Shown here: positions 1 through 8,292 of the stretch, in pieces
Numbering within the stretch: the stretch's first letter is position 1
How the letters are laid out: each line of letters opens with the position of its first letter
Made by a program: the position numbers and the translations under genes
Notes under the pieces: generated by a model
What the model saw: the letters and a program-made list of their open reading frames with translations, nothing else
The model's database searches: none
Told to the model about the DNA's origin: nothing
DNA from: an uncultured archaeon
GTDB lineage: Archaea; Thermoplasmatota; Poseidoniia; MGIII; CAYLMJ01
NCBI GenBank assembly: GCA_964434315.1
Contig: CAYSUX010000001.1
Coordinates: 1-37,791 of the forward strand
DNA: 37,791 nt
Direction: 5' to 3'

Positions 1-51
1 CCAGTTTTGACCGTTACCTTGCCAGTTTTGACCGTTACCTTGCCAGTTTTG
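1..51. repeat. 21-nt tandem direct repeat, two full copies plus a partial third, at the window edge
   Basis: CCAGTTTTGACCGTTACCTTG occurs perfectly at 1-21 and 22-42, then CCAGTTTTG at 43-51 before diverging. It lies just 3' of carS, whose minus-strand stop is at 61. The full extent is unknown because the window starts here. Confidence 0.9.
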
Positions 52-60
52 GCCTTTATC

Positions 61-645
61 TTACCAGGGTACATCTTTCTTGCCCATCTTGTAGCCGATG
101 ATGTTGACCCCGCGATGCAGAATGGGCGTGACGATGAGAACCACCAGCAATCTCCAGGGTCCATCGTCGGCGTTGATGAACCAATCCCTGAACCAATCGA
201 AGGCTCCGATGATGACCAGAAGCCAGGCTCCGATGAGAAAGTCATACTGGTCGAGACCTGGGAACTTGGCGCCCCGTTCCACGTTCATCCTGCGTTTGAG
301 AAATGAAGCTCCCATGTCCCCCATCAATGAACCCAGGGCCAACAGGAAGATGACCCAGAGCAGGAACGGGAAAGAGCCGAAGAAGTCGGGAAGCTCCAGG
401 TCCAGCGCCAGGCCCAGACCGGCCAGCAAGCCCACCTGGGTCAGTCCCAGAAGGATGCCCGAGGCCGTCCCCCCGATGGTGCCACGCCAGGTCTTACCAT
501 CGCCCAGCAACCGTCTGCCATCCTTGAAGGTACGCCCACCGTCCACCGGTTTGCCGCCTCCGAAGACCGCGGCCGCCGAATTGGGCAGATAGGCGGGCAG
601 GGTCAACCACAATCCTTGCAACAACTGGACCCAGATGGCGGTCAT
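61..645 (-). CDS. carS: CDP-archaeol synthase (CDP-2,3-bis-O-geranylgeranyl-sn-glycerol synthase, DUF46/UPF0290 family)
   Basis: 194 aa polytopic membrane protein. The N-terminal LPAYLPNSAAAVFGGGKPVDGG...DGRRLLGDGKTWRG motif is typical of archaeal CarS. It starts 2 nt after the stop of the upstream gene, which suggests an operon. Confidence 0.8.
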   Translation of the reverse strand: MTAIWVQLLQGLWLTLPAYLPNSAAAVFGGGKPVDGGRTFKDGRRLLGDGKTWRGTIGGTASGILLGLTQVGLLAGLGLALDLELPDFFGSFPFLLWVIFLLALGSLMGDMGASFLKRRMNVERGAKFPGLDQYDFLIGAWLLVIIGAFDWFRDWFINADDGPWRLLVVLIVTPILHRGVNIIGYKMGKKDVPW

Positions 646-647
646 TT

Positions 648-1673
648 TCAGGCCTCACGGGTCGCAAGCTCTCGTTTCAGAGCCTCGATGACCTTCACCG
701 GTGTGGCCTCGACTCCCAGTCGATCGGCCAGCATGACCGAGGCCACATCCCCGGTCTGCACCAGCCACAGGATCTGGGCCAGGGCGCTATCGCCCCGGGC
801 CGTGACCTCGACCACCCTCGCGCCCTTTTCCCAGGCCAGCTTTCTGGTCAGCTCGAACCTGGCCGCTACCTCCGGGGGCTCCAGGGATGTGCGTAAAAGG
901 ACCACAGCCATCCCCTCGGGGGCGCCCATCCAACCCACGATATCGTTGTGGTCGGCCTCGGGCAGGACATGGTGAAAGGCCAGGACCTTGGCGTTCTCGT
1001 TCATCTGGGTCCGCCACCGGTAGGCCACCGGCTCGAACCTTTCCCAGGCATAGACCACAGCCATCCGACCTTCCAGAACTTCTGCTATCCGTCCGGCTTC
1101 GGCCAGCAGGTCCTCGCGCTCTTTCAATCCCCGGTAGATGCGCCCCGTATCCCATTCGGGTGCCGGTTCGCAAAACCCGCCCAGTACCCTGAGCAGGGGG
1201 ACGAGAAGATAGGGCAGGGCCGCGCGGGGCTGGAATCCGGTGGGAATCTCCACTACCGGAACCCCGACTGAATCAGCCTCGGCTGCCAATCGACCTCCGG
1301 TGGTGAGCGCCAGGCGCCCGCATCCCCGTTTTCCGGCCAGTTCGAACGCGGCCAGGGTCTCGGCGGTGTTGCCGGAGTAACTGACCGCCACGACCAGCCA
1401 ATCCCGGTCGACCCATCCCGGCAATCCATATCCCCTGGCCAGCTCCAGGGGCACCTTCAGTACCGGTCCGAGGGCGGCGCGGACCATGGCTCCGCCGATG
1501 GCCGAGCCTCCCATTCCGACGATACAGACCCCTTTGACGTTCTCAATACGCAAGTCGATCTTCAGGTCACGGTTCCAGGCCCTTTCCAGATGTTCGGGCC
1601 AATCCCGGGCCGTTTCCAGGGCGGCTTCGTTACCGGAAATGTGGCGAGCGCTACGGTCCTGTGAATCGGGCAT
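648..1673 (-). CDS. Bifunctional phosphoglucose/phosphomannose isomerase (SIS domain)
   Basis: 341 aa with the SIS-domain motifs VGMGGSAIGG and VSYSGNTAETL. Length and layout match archaeal PGI/PMI family proteins. Confidence 0.75.
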   Translation of the reverse strand: MPDSQDRSARHISGNEAALETARDWPEHLERAWNRDLKIDLRIENVKGVCIVGMGGSAIGGAMVRAALGPVLKVPLELARGYGLPGWVDRDWLVVAVSYSGNTAETLAAFELAGKRGCGRLALTTGGRLAAEADSVGVPVVEIPTGFQPRAALPYLLVPLLRVLGGFCEPAPEWDTGRIYRGLKEREDLLAEAGRIAEVLEGRMAVVYAWERFEPVAYRWRTQMNENAKVLAFHHVLPEADHNDIVGWMGAPEGMAVVLLRTSLEPPEVAARFELTRKLAWEKGARVVEVTARGDSALAQILWLVQTGDVASVMLADRLGVEATPVKVIEALKRELATREA

Positions 1674-1803
1674 GGTCTTCGAATGGGCCCTTATTTATAA
1701 ACTAAAAGCCCAACCGATGGGATTTCAATCACAACTCTTTTATAAAAATCCGGTGTATGCAGAATCGCCCTTCGGGCGTTCGAACCCAATCGGGGTAGAA
1801 AAT

Positions 1804-3291
1804 ATGGTAACAAAAGCCAATTTACATGAGTCCTTCACAGGACGCCGCATGGCTGTAGCTGTGGCTATTGCGGTATTGCTGCTAGGTTCCTTTACCTTGT
1901 TCAGCCTGAACTCTACAGCTATCAACATCTCCGAGGTCATCATCTCGGCCGATGAGAATTCCAAGACCGTGCTGAACGGTGAAAATGTAACCTTCGCCAT
2001 CACCCTGGACAACACCGATTCGGATTTCGGTGTACAACCATTGACGATGGAGGCCAATTTCCTTGCCGGCGACGACTGGGTTCACGGCTTCGCCACCGAT
2101 CTTGTGGGTACGCCTCTACCCAGTGTACAGGTACCCAACAGCTATGGCGGCGACACGATCGACCATGTCATCGAGGTCCCCCAGGAAAGTTCGGTGACCA
2201 TCTACTTCTGGGTCAGCGCTCCCGCCAACGGTCATCTGCTCGGAGAGCGCAAGATCCAGGTCATGGGATACGACAACTGGGGCCTTCTGACCAAGGGCGC
2301 CAACATCACCAAGACAACCGGTGGCTCGACCCTGACCCTGACTGTGACCGCGGTTCAGGAATACGACGCCGAGCTCACCATCGATGATGTCAACAACGAG
2401 GGCAATGTCTTCATTTACCAGGCCGAGAACGTCGTCTGGGGATTCACCCTCGAGAACACCGGTTATGAACAGATCGAATTCGCCTTGGAAGGAAATGCCT
2501 ATGCTTCGGGCTCGGCCCAACCCGAGACCGGTTGGAGCTTCACCTTCGCGGGTAGTTCCACGACCCTCATACCCGGATCCAGCGCTGCGCCCAACAACAA
2601 GGTAACCTCCAGTGTGACCATCACGGCTCCCTTCGACGCCGATGCCGGAGCCTACGAGATCGAGATATGGGCCACCGGCCAGGATGACGCTTCCAGTGTT
2701 GCCAAGAACAAGCGCGCTGATGCCATCATCCCTCTGCCCGACTTCGTTATCGAGGACGGTGACGTGGAGTTCTCCCACCGGGCCGCCTATGTCAGGGGTA
2801 CCACATCACAGGATGTCACCATTACCATCACGGTCCGCAACAATGGCGGTAATCGCGATTCCTCCGGACGCGCCACCCAGCATATCGATGTCCATGTATC
2901 GGAATCCGAGGGTGTGGTCGACATGGGTGATGGAGCTTCCATAACCAAGTACATCGAGACCCTGAACCACGGCGATGAAAAGACAGTTACCGTGACGTTC
3001 ACACCCAACAAGGATATTTCAGGCTCTCTTGACCGGGATTATGAGAAGGAGATATACTTCTCCATAATGGTCGACAAGTTCAACGATGATTCCGACCCCA
3101 ATGATGTCGATATCGGGGAATCCAACGCCAACAACAACGACGTTACCAAGAGCTTCACGTTGGTCCAGGTCGGAACCACCGAACCATCGTTCACCCTGGG
3201 ATTCGTGGCTCTGTTGGGCGCGGCCCTGGTACTGGCCGGCTTGGCCAGCCGATACCGCCACCGCCTGAACCAGGACGAGGACGAAGAGTAG
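1804..3291 (+). CDS. Cell-surface protein with N-terminal signal/anchor, CARDB-like beta-sandwich repeats and a C-terminal TM anchor
   Basis: The track ORF 1486..3291 overlaps the opposite-strand PGI gene, so I start at the ATG at 1804 (MVTKANL...). A hydrophobic segment AVAVAIAVLLLGSF follows. T/S/V-rich repeats of the type DVTITITVRNNGG resemble CARDB domains. The C-terminus is PSFTLGFVALLGAALVLAGLASRYRHR plus an acidic tail. Confidence 0.65.
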   Translation: MVTKANLHESFTGRRMAVAVAIAVLLLGSFTLFSLNSTAINISEVIISADENSKTVLNGENVTFAITLDNTDSDFGVQPLTMEANFLAGDDWVHGFATDLVGTPLPSVQVPNSYGGDTIDHVIEVPQESSVTIYFWVSAPANGHLLGERKIQVMGYDNWGLLTKGANITKTTGGSTLTLTVTAVQEYDAELTIDDVNNEGNVFIYQAENVVWGFTLENTGYEQIEFALEGNAYASGSAQPETGWSFTFAGSSTTLIPGSSAAPNNKVTSSVTITAPFDADAGAYEIEIWATGQDDASSVAKNKRADAIIPLPDFVIEDGDVEFSHRAAYVRGTTSQDVTITITVRNNGGNRDSSGRATQHIDVHVSESEGVVDMGDGASITKYIETLNHGDEKTVTVTFTPNKDISGSLDRDYEKEIYFSIMVDKFNDDSDPNDVDIGESNANNNDVTKSFTLVQVGTTEPSFTLGFVALLGAALVLAGLASRYRHRLNQDEDEE

Positions 3292-3357
3292 ACACCATCG
3301 TGGGTCTATTCCCGGACATCGCCTCAACTTATTAGGCCCAGGAGCCCTGCTTAGGCC

Positions 3358-5274
3358 ATGCCATTCAGCCTTAGCGGGGCTGCCTTGCGCCATCTGACCC
3401 GTGAGTTCCGGGAGTCGCTACTGGATTCACGCCTGGAGAATATCTACCAACCAGACCCCGCGTTCTTCCTGCTGCGTTTCAAGAGCGTTGACAGGGAGCG
3501 TCAGCAGCTCCTGTTACCCCTGGGCGGCCTGCCCCACATCTCACAGGGGACGATAACCACCCCTGCTACCCCCTCCCAGGCTGCCCAGATAATGCGCAAA
3601 CATCTGCGTTCCGGCAGGGTCACTGATATCGGCCAGCCCGGTCTGGACCGGATCATGTGGCTCGATATTCAGCGTCAGGAAGAGACCCGACGCCTGGTCG
3701 TGGAGCTCTTCGGTCGTGGCAACCTGATGCTGGTACAGGACGGTCTGCTACTCTGGGTGCTCAAGCCCCGGGATTATCGACACCGCAGCCTGCGGGTGGG
3801 TCGACCCTATCTCCTACCACCCCAGGGAATGGACCCTTGCGATCTGGAACGATCGGAGCTGACTGATCACTTATCGCAGGGTGAGGGATCCCTTGAAAGA
3901 AGGCTGGCCAGGGACCTGAATCTGGGGCCTCAACTTACCCGGGAGGTGCTCGCCCGGAGTGGTATGGACCCGGAACATCCCTCTGGCGACCTTAACCACG
4001 AAGAGGCCAAAACGGTGGTCAAGATGATCATGGAGCTTTTGGATACTGCCCGATCCAGGCCCCATCTGTACCTCGAGGATGAGCGCCCTGTGGCCGCCTA
4101 TCCCTGGGTTTCCAGGTTGCATCGAGAACTCGAATTCCGGACTCTGCCAGGTCTATCGGAGGCCTATGAACAGCTCCACCGGGCCAGGCAGGACCAGGTG
4201 GCCGAGGAGGCCCCCGACCCGGAGCTGGAACGATGGGAACGACGTGTTGAACAGCAATGCCGGGCCATCGAGAATTACAGGCGGATGTCTGCCCGCTTCC
4301 GGAGCGATGCCGAGGCGCTCTATGCCAATTACACGGTGGTCCAGCGGATGTTGGAGGTGCTTTCGCTGACCGTCGAGCAAAAGGGTTGGGAAGCCCTGGC
4401 CGCGAAGATCGATGAGTTGCCTGGCCTGGTGGCTGTTGACCCGGAGCACAAGGAGGTAGAGGTCAAGCTCCACGATCATTCGATAATCCTGGAGTTGGAG
4501 GCCACCGTGGATGCCAATGCCAATCGCCTCTATGCCCGGTCGAAAAGAGCCATGGACAAGGCCAGGGGAGCCAGGGAAGCCCAGACCCGGACCATCAGGC
4601 CTGAACCGAAGGCAAAGACCACCCCTGTCGCCGGAAATGACAGAACCTTCTGGTTCGAGAGGTTTCGCTGGTTCATCACCTCCACCGGCAATGTCGTTGT
4701 CGGTGGTCGGGACGCCCGTTCCAACGAGACCGTGGTCCGTCGTTATCTAAAGAACAACGATGTCTATTGCCACGCCGACCTGACCGGCGCTCCCTCGGTG
4801 GTGGTCAAGCATGACCAGGGGAGTGTCGACCCGGCCGCGGCCCACGAGGGGTGCCTCTATTCCCTGGCCTACTCCAAGGCCTGGCCGACCCGGGTCGCCT
4901 CGGGTCATACCTACTGGACCGAGGCCGAGCAGGTCTCCAAGACGCCCCAGACCGGTGAGTTCCTGGCCAAGGGCTCGTTTGTCATCCGGGGTCGGCGCCA
5001 TTGGCATCGCAACCAGCCGGTCGAGGCGGCCGTGGGTTGGGTGGATGTGGAAGGGACACCAAAGATGATGGGCGGCCCGGTACCGGCCCTTGAGGCCCGC
5101 TCCGTTCGATATGTGGTACTGCGTCCGGGATACCTGTCCCGTCGCGAAACCGCCCAGGTACTGGCCGCGGCGTTCGATGTGGACCAGAACATCCTTGAAC
5201 GGGTCCTTCCCCCAGGTGACTGCGACCTGGTTCGAACCACTGGTATCGAGGTCGATTGGCCATCCCCGAAGTAG
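3358..5274 (+). CDS. NFACT-family RNA-binding protein (archaeal Rqc2/RqcH/FbpA homolog with DUF814)
   Basis: 638 aa. It has an NFACT-N-like N-terminus, a coiled-coil middle, and FWFERFRWFITSTGNVVVGGRDARSNETVVRRYLKNNDVYCHADLTGAPSVVVK, the characteristic NFACT-R/DUF814 block. Confidence 0.8.
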   Translation: MPFSLSGAALRHLTREFRESLLDSRLENIYQPDPAFFLLRFKSVDRERQQLLLPLGGLPHISQGTITTPATPSQAAQIMRKHLRSGRVTDIGQPGLDRIMWLDIQRQEETRRLVVELFGRGNLMLVQDGLLLWVLKPRDYRHRSLRVGRPYLLPPQGMDPCDLERSELTDHLSQGEGSLERRLARDLNLGPQLTREVLARSGMDPEHPSGDLNHEEAKTVVKMIMELLDTARSRPHLYLEDERPVAAYPWVSRLHRELEFRTLPGLSEAYEQLHRARQDQVAEEAPDPELERWERRVEQQCRAIENYRRMSARFRSDAEALYANYTVVQRMLEVLSLTVEQKGWEALAAKIDELPGLVAVDPEHKEVEVKLHDHSIILELEATVDANANRLYARSKRAMDKARGAREAQTRTIRPEPKAKTTPVAGNDRTFWFERFRWFITSTGNVVVGGRDARSNETVVRRYLKNNDVYCHADLTGAPSVVVKHDQGSVDPAAAHEGCLYSLAYSKAWPTRVASGHTYWTEAEQVSKTPQTGEFLAKGSFVIRGRRHWHRNQPVEAAVGWVDVEGTPKMMGGPVPALEARSVRYVVLRPGYLSRRETAQVLAAAFDVDQNILERVLPPGDCDLVRTTGIEVDWPSPK

Positions 5275-5413
5275 TTGGCCTGCTGATAATGATAATGCTA
5301 ATGATAACTGAAAGCCTCAGACAGAGCCTATGAATGCGTCAATGGCCTGGATTGGATGGTATGGACCGTTCAGAGTTGAACTGAACCGGGAATGACCCTG
5401 GCACTGCACAGGG

Positions 5414-5782
5414 CTACGAATGGTGGTGATACTCTTCCACCCGTTCCACCTGCCAATCCCTTGAGCCGGCCAGTTCTTTCACCCTTCGGGCAGCTTCCTC
5501 CTCCAGCTCCTCATCGGCCCAGAGCCTTAGGCGCAGTAAGCTGGAGCGCCCGCCGATGGTTGTTATCGTGACCATGACCTCGTCGGAAACGAACCCCTCG
5601 GCGACCATGACCAGACCCATGGTGGCGTTGTGGCGCAGGAATAGTTTTTCGGCCAGGAGCACCTGCGATCGCCCGGGTCCCGAGGGTTCGGCACCCAGCC
5701 GGGAAATATTGTCCCAACCATCTGTCTCCAGGCACTCCAGCAATCGGGTCACTCCCTGACCCCTGACACGGAACATCAACAT
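5414..5782 (-). CDS. Hypothetical protein (122 aa)
   Basis: Clean ORF with ordinary amino-acid composition, transcribed divergently from the ribosomal-protein operon. I recognise no motif. Confidence 0.45.
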   Translation of the reverse strand: MLMFRVRGQGVTRLLECLETDGWDNISRLGAEPSGPGRSQVLLAEKLFLRHNATMGLVMVAEGFVSDEVMVTITTIGGRSSLLRLRLWADEELEEEAARRVKELAGSRDWQVERVEEYHHHS

Positions 5783-5963
5783 GGTATCACCACGATCGAA
5801 CCCGGATCGTTATCGACGATTATCACGGACCACTTTATCACGGGCTACTATTTGAAGCTGTAGTTCGGTTGGTCGCGGGCAGCTCCTGCGGCAGCTCCTG
5901 GCAGCCCTTGTTTTCCCATTAATAGCCCGAGTCGGCTCAACATAGCCCGAGTCGGCAGTCGGC

Positions 5964-5979
5964 ATAAAGATATTAATAG
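5964..5979 (+). promoter_or_regulatory. Putative archaeal TATA box for the rpl44e operon
   Basis: ATAAAGATATTAATAG is the only strongly AT-rich patch in the GC-rich spacer, about 65 nt upstream of the rpl44e ATG. A GAGG Shine-Dalgarno-like motif sits at 6035-6038. Confidence 0.35.
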
Positions 5980-6043
5980 GGCCCTTGTTTGGCACCTTCC
6001 CCCGAGCCTAGCCGAAAGCAGGCAAAGCTATTCGAGGATTTAC

Positions 6044-6322
6044 ATGAAACAGCCTCGTTTTATCAAAACATATTGCCCTTCATGCACAACCCACACTCGC
6101 CATGAGGTTGAGCGCATCAAGAAGAAGAAGGCCTCAGAGCTCAAACGCGGACAGCGACTCTTCAGGCGGGTCACCGCCGGCTATGGCGGATTCCCCAGAC
6201 CCAAGCCCGAGGGCCGGGAGAAACCCACCCGTCGTGTTGCCAGGCGATACCGCTGTCAGAAATGTAAAAAGGCTCATCAACCAGCCTCGATCCGGGCCAA
6301 GAAATACGAGTTGGTGGAATAA
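6044..6322 (+). CDS. rpl44e: 50S ribosomal protein L44e (eL42)
   Basis: 92 aa, MKQPRFIKTYCPSCTTHTRHEV...RYRCQKCKKAH. It has the CxxC...CxxC zinc ribbon and basic composition typical of L44e. Confidence 0.95.
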   Translation: MKQPRFIKTYCPSCTTHTRHEVERIKKKKASELKRGQRLFRRVTAGYGGFPRPKPEGREKPTRRVARRYRCQKCKKAHQPASIRAKKYELVE

Positions 6323-6489
6323 TGACATCCAAGTTCCTCAAGGTCAAATGTAATGATTGCCAGACCGAGAAGGTCACTTTCTCCCATCCGGGATCGGATG
6401 TCACCTGCCAGGTCTGCGGAGCCAAGCTTCTCGAGCCCCAGGGCGGCAAGGGCCGACTTCTTGGGGAGCTGGTGGAGGCTCTGGAGTAA
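6322..6489 (+). CDS. rps27e: 30S ribosomal protein S27e (eS27); not in the supplied ORF track (55 aa)
   Basis: Hand translation from the ATG at 6322 gives MTSKFLKVKCNDCQTEKVTFSHPGSDVTCQVCGAKLLEPQGGKGRLLGELVEALE with a stop at 6487-6489. It carries a C4 zinc ribbon (CxxC..CxxC) in the canonical position after rpl44e. The start overlaps the rpl44e stop as TAATG. Confidence 0.9.
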   Translation: MTSKFLKVKCNDCQTEKVTFSHPGSDVTCQVCGAKLLEPQGGKGRLLGELVEALE

Positions 6490-7259
6490 TGGTAGACAAT
6501 CTACCCGAAGAAGGAGAGTTCGTTATCGGCTCGGTCTACCGGGTCGAAGCCCAGGGCGCCTATGTCAACCTGCTTGAGTATGATGGTCAACGGGGTTTCG
6601 TCCATATCGCCGAGGTCTCCTCCGGGTGGGTCAAGAACATCCGTAACTATATCCGGGAGAACCAGAAGGTCGTCTGCAAGGTCATGCGGGTACGCGCTGA
6701 CAGGGGTCGTATCGACCTATCGTTGAAGCAGGTCTCGGGTTACCGAAAACAGGAGAAGATCCGGGCCTGGAAGAACGAGCAGAAAGCCTCCAAATTACTG
6801 GAGAGGCTGATATCCGGCCTTGAACTCGACCAGAGCAAACTTGAACCACTCGGCCACGAACTCAAGGACCGCTTCGGCACTCTTTACGCGGCTTTCGAGG
6901 CAGTTGCCATTGATGAGGAGGCCCTGGCCAAGGAGAAATTCGAAGGGGAATGGATATCGGAATTCATCCAGACCGCCAAGAAGAACATCTCACCACCCTA
7001 TGTTTCCATCGAAGGCTATCTTCAGTTGACCACTCACCATCCCGAGGGTATCAATTTCATCAAGCAGGCACTGTCCAATGTGGCTGCCACCCATGACGAA
7101 GCCAAGGTTGAGATCCAGTATGCCGGGGCGCCTCGATACAGGCTTACCGTATCGGCTCCCGACTACAAGATCGCGGAATCCCAGTTGGAAAACACCCTGT
7201 CGGGCATCAAGAGCAGCCTGAAGGCGGCCTCGGCCACCATCGATTTCGAGAGGAGCTGA
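6489..7259 (+). CDS. eif2a: Translation initiation factor aIF2 alpha subunit
   Basis: Same frame as track ORF 6357..7259, but I start at the ATG at 6489, which overlaps the rps27e stop as TAATG. MVDNLPEEGEFVIGSVYRVEAQGAYVNLLEYDGQRGFVHIAEVSSGWVKNIRNY is the S1 domain of aIF2alpha. It sits in the conserved operon position. Confidence 0.9.
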   Translation: MVDNLPEEGEFVIGSVYRVEAQGAYVNLLEYDGQRGFVHIAEVSSGWVKNIRNYIRENQKVVCKVMRVRADRGRIDLSLKQVSGYRKQEKIRAWKNEQKASKLLERLISGLELDQSKLEPLGHELKDRFGTLYAAFEAVAIDEEALAKEKFEGEWISEFIQTAKKNISPPYVSIEGYLQLTTHHPEGINFIKQALSNVAATHDEAKVEIQYAGAPRYRLTVSAPDYKIAESQLENTLSGIKSSLKAASATIDFERS

Positions 7260-7264
7260 GGGCT

Positions 7265-7489
7265 TTGCGCTCCCAGATATTTCGTTGTCCCGGCTGTTCC
7301 CGCTACACTCTTCAGGTCAGATGTCAGGACTGTGATACCAAGACCCTATCACCGATACCGCCAAGGTATTCTCCTGAGGACCATTACGGACACTACAGGC
7401 GAGCGTTGCTACGAATACGGCGAGAGCAGGGTGAGGGCTCTTCCAGTTCATTGACATCATCAGCCAATTCCGGTACAGAGGCGAAATAA
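7265..7489 (+). CDS. nop10: H/ACA RNP protein Nop10 with a short Ser-rich C-terminal tail
   Basis: It contains FRCPGCSRYTLQVRCQDCDTKTLSPIPPRYSPEDHYGHYRR, the zinc-ribbon and PxRFSPxD-like motif of Nop10. It begins at TTG, and there is no in-frame ATG upstream. Confidence 0.85.
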   Translation: MRSQIFRCPGCSRYTLQVRCQDCDTKTLSPIPPRYSPEDHYGHYRRALLRIRREQGEGSSSSLTSSANSGTEAK

Positions 7490-8259
7490 TGGAACCAGTC
7501 ATCATTCACGAGATCGAGAAGGTAGCGCCCAGATCGGCGATTTTGATCGAAGGCTTGCCAGGTGTGGGCAATGTTGGCAAGCTTGCCGCAGCCCACCTCA
7601 TCGATGAGCTTAAGACCCAAAAGATCTACGAACTCTACTCCAAACACTTCCCACCCCAGGTACTCATCGACGAGGAGGGTGTGGTGAAGCTGGTCTCCAA
7701 CGAGATCCACTATTACAGAGCTCCAAAGAAGGAGCAGGACGACATCCTGATCCTGACCGGTGAATACCAGGGTCTCACCCCCGAGGGCCAGTACGAGTTA
7801 TGCGATATCATCCTGGGTCTGGCCCAGGATCTCAACGTGAAACGGGTTTACACCCTGGGAGGCTACGGACTGGGCAAGATGGTTCCCAAACCCCGGGTCC
7901 TGGGTGCCGGCACCAACGCCAAGGTGGTCCAGGAGATGACCGAAGCCGGTGTCGAGTTCTCCAAGGATGAACCCGGTTCGGGAATAGTCGGTGCCTCGGG
8001 TCTTCTCCTGGGCATGGGCATACTGAGGGGCATGGAGGGTGGCTGTCTGATGGGTGAGACCTCGGGTTATCTGGTGGATCCCAAATCCGCGCAGGTGGTG
8101 TTGGAGGTCATCCAGAAATTGCTTAACCTGAAGCTGGACATCACCCAGTTGGAGGAAAAGGCTCAGCAGATGGACCTTCTGGCATCTCATCTCAAGGATA
8201 TGGAATCCCAGTTCACCGGAGAAGATACCAAGGGTGACCATCTAAGCTACATCGGCTAG
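7489..8259 (+). CDS. Proteasome assembly chaperone family protein (PAC2/DUF75)
   Basis: 256 aa with LIEGLPGVGNVGKLAAAHLIDEL near the N-terminus, typical of archaeal PAC2-family proteins. It is the conserved gene after nop10. Its ATG overlaps the nop10 stop as TAATG. Confidence 0.75.
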   Translation: MEPVIIHEIEKVAPRSAILIEGLPGVGNVGKLAAAHLIDELKTQKIYELYSKHFPPQVLIDEEGVVKLVSNEIHYYRAPKKEQDDILILTGEYQGLTPEGQYELCDIILGLAQDLNVKRVYTLGGYGLGKMVPKPRVLGAGTNAKVVQEMTEAGVEFSKDEPGSGIVGASGLLLGMGILRGMEGGCLMGETSGYLVDPKSAQVVLEVIQKLLNLKLDITQLEEKAQQMDLLASHLKDMESQFTGEDTKGDHLSYIG

Positions 8260-8292
8260 GATCGCAAGCGCATCCTTCATAAGCCAGGTCAT

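Noticed and set aside
1770-1800. tRNA-like GTTCGAAC T-loop motif
   Set aside because: The flanking bases do not form a T-stem on either strand, and no acceptor or anticodon arms can be drawn.
1486-1803. Long N-terminal extension of the surface-protein ORF (track start 1486)
   Set aside because: It overlaps the well-supported PGI/PMI gene on the opposite strand and has Arg/Ser/Pro-rich shadow-frame composition. The ATG at 1804 precedes a signal-anchor segment.
5283-5312. C/D-box sRNA-like string (TGATAATGATAATGCTAATGATAACTGA)
   Set aside because: It is a short TGATAA-type microsatellite ending in CTGA. There is no space for 10-12 nt guide regions between boxes, and no terminal stem.
6357-6488. 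Upstream extension of aIF2alpha (track ORF start 6357) and ORF 6353..6577
   Set aside because: The region is occupied in another frame by the clearly recognisable rps27e zinc-ribbon gene. aIF2alpha starts at the TAATG overlap at 6489.
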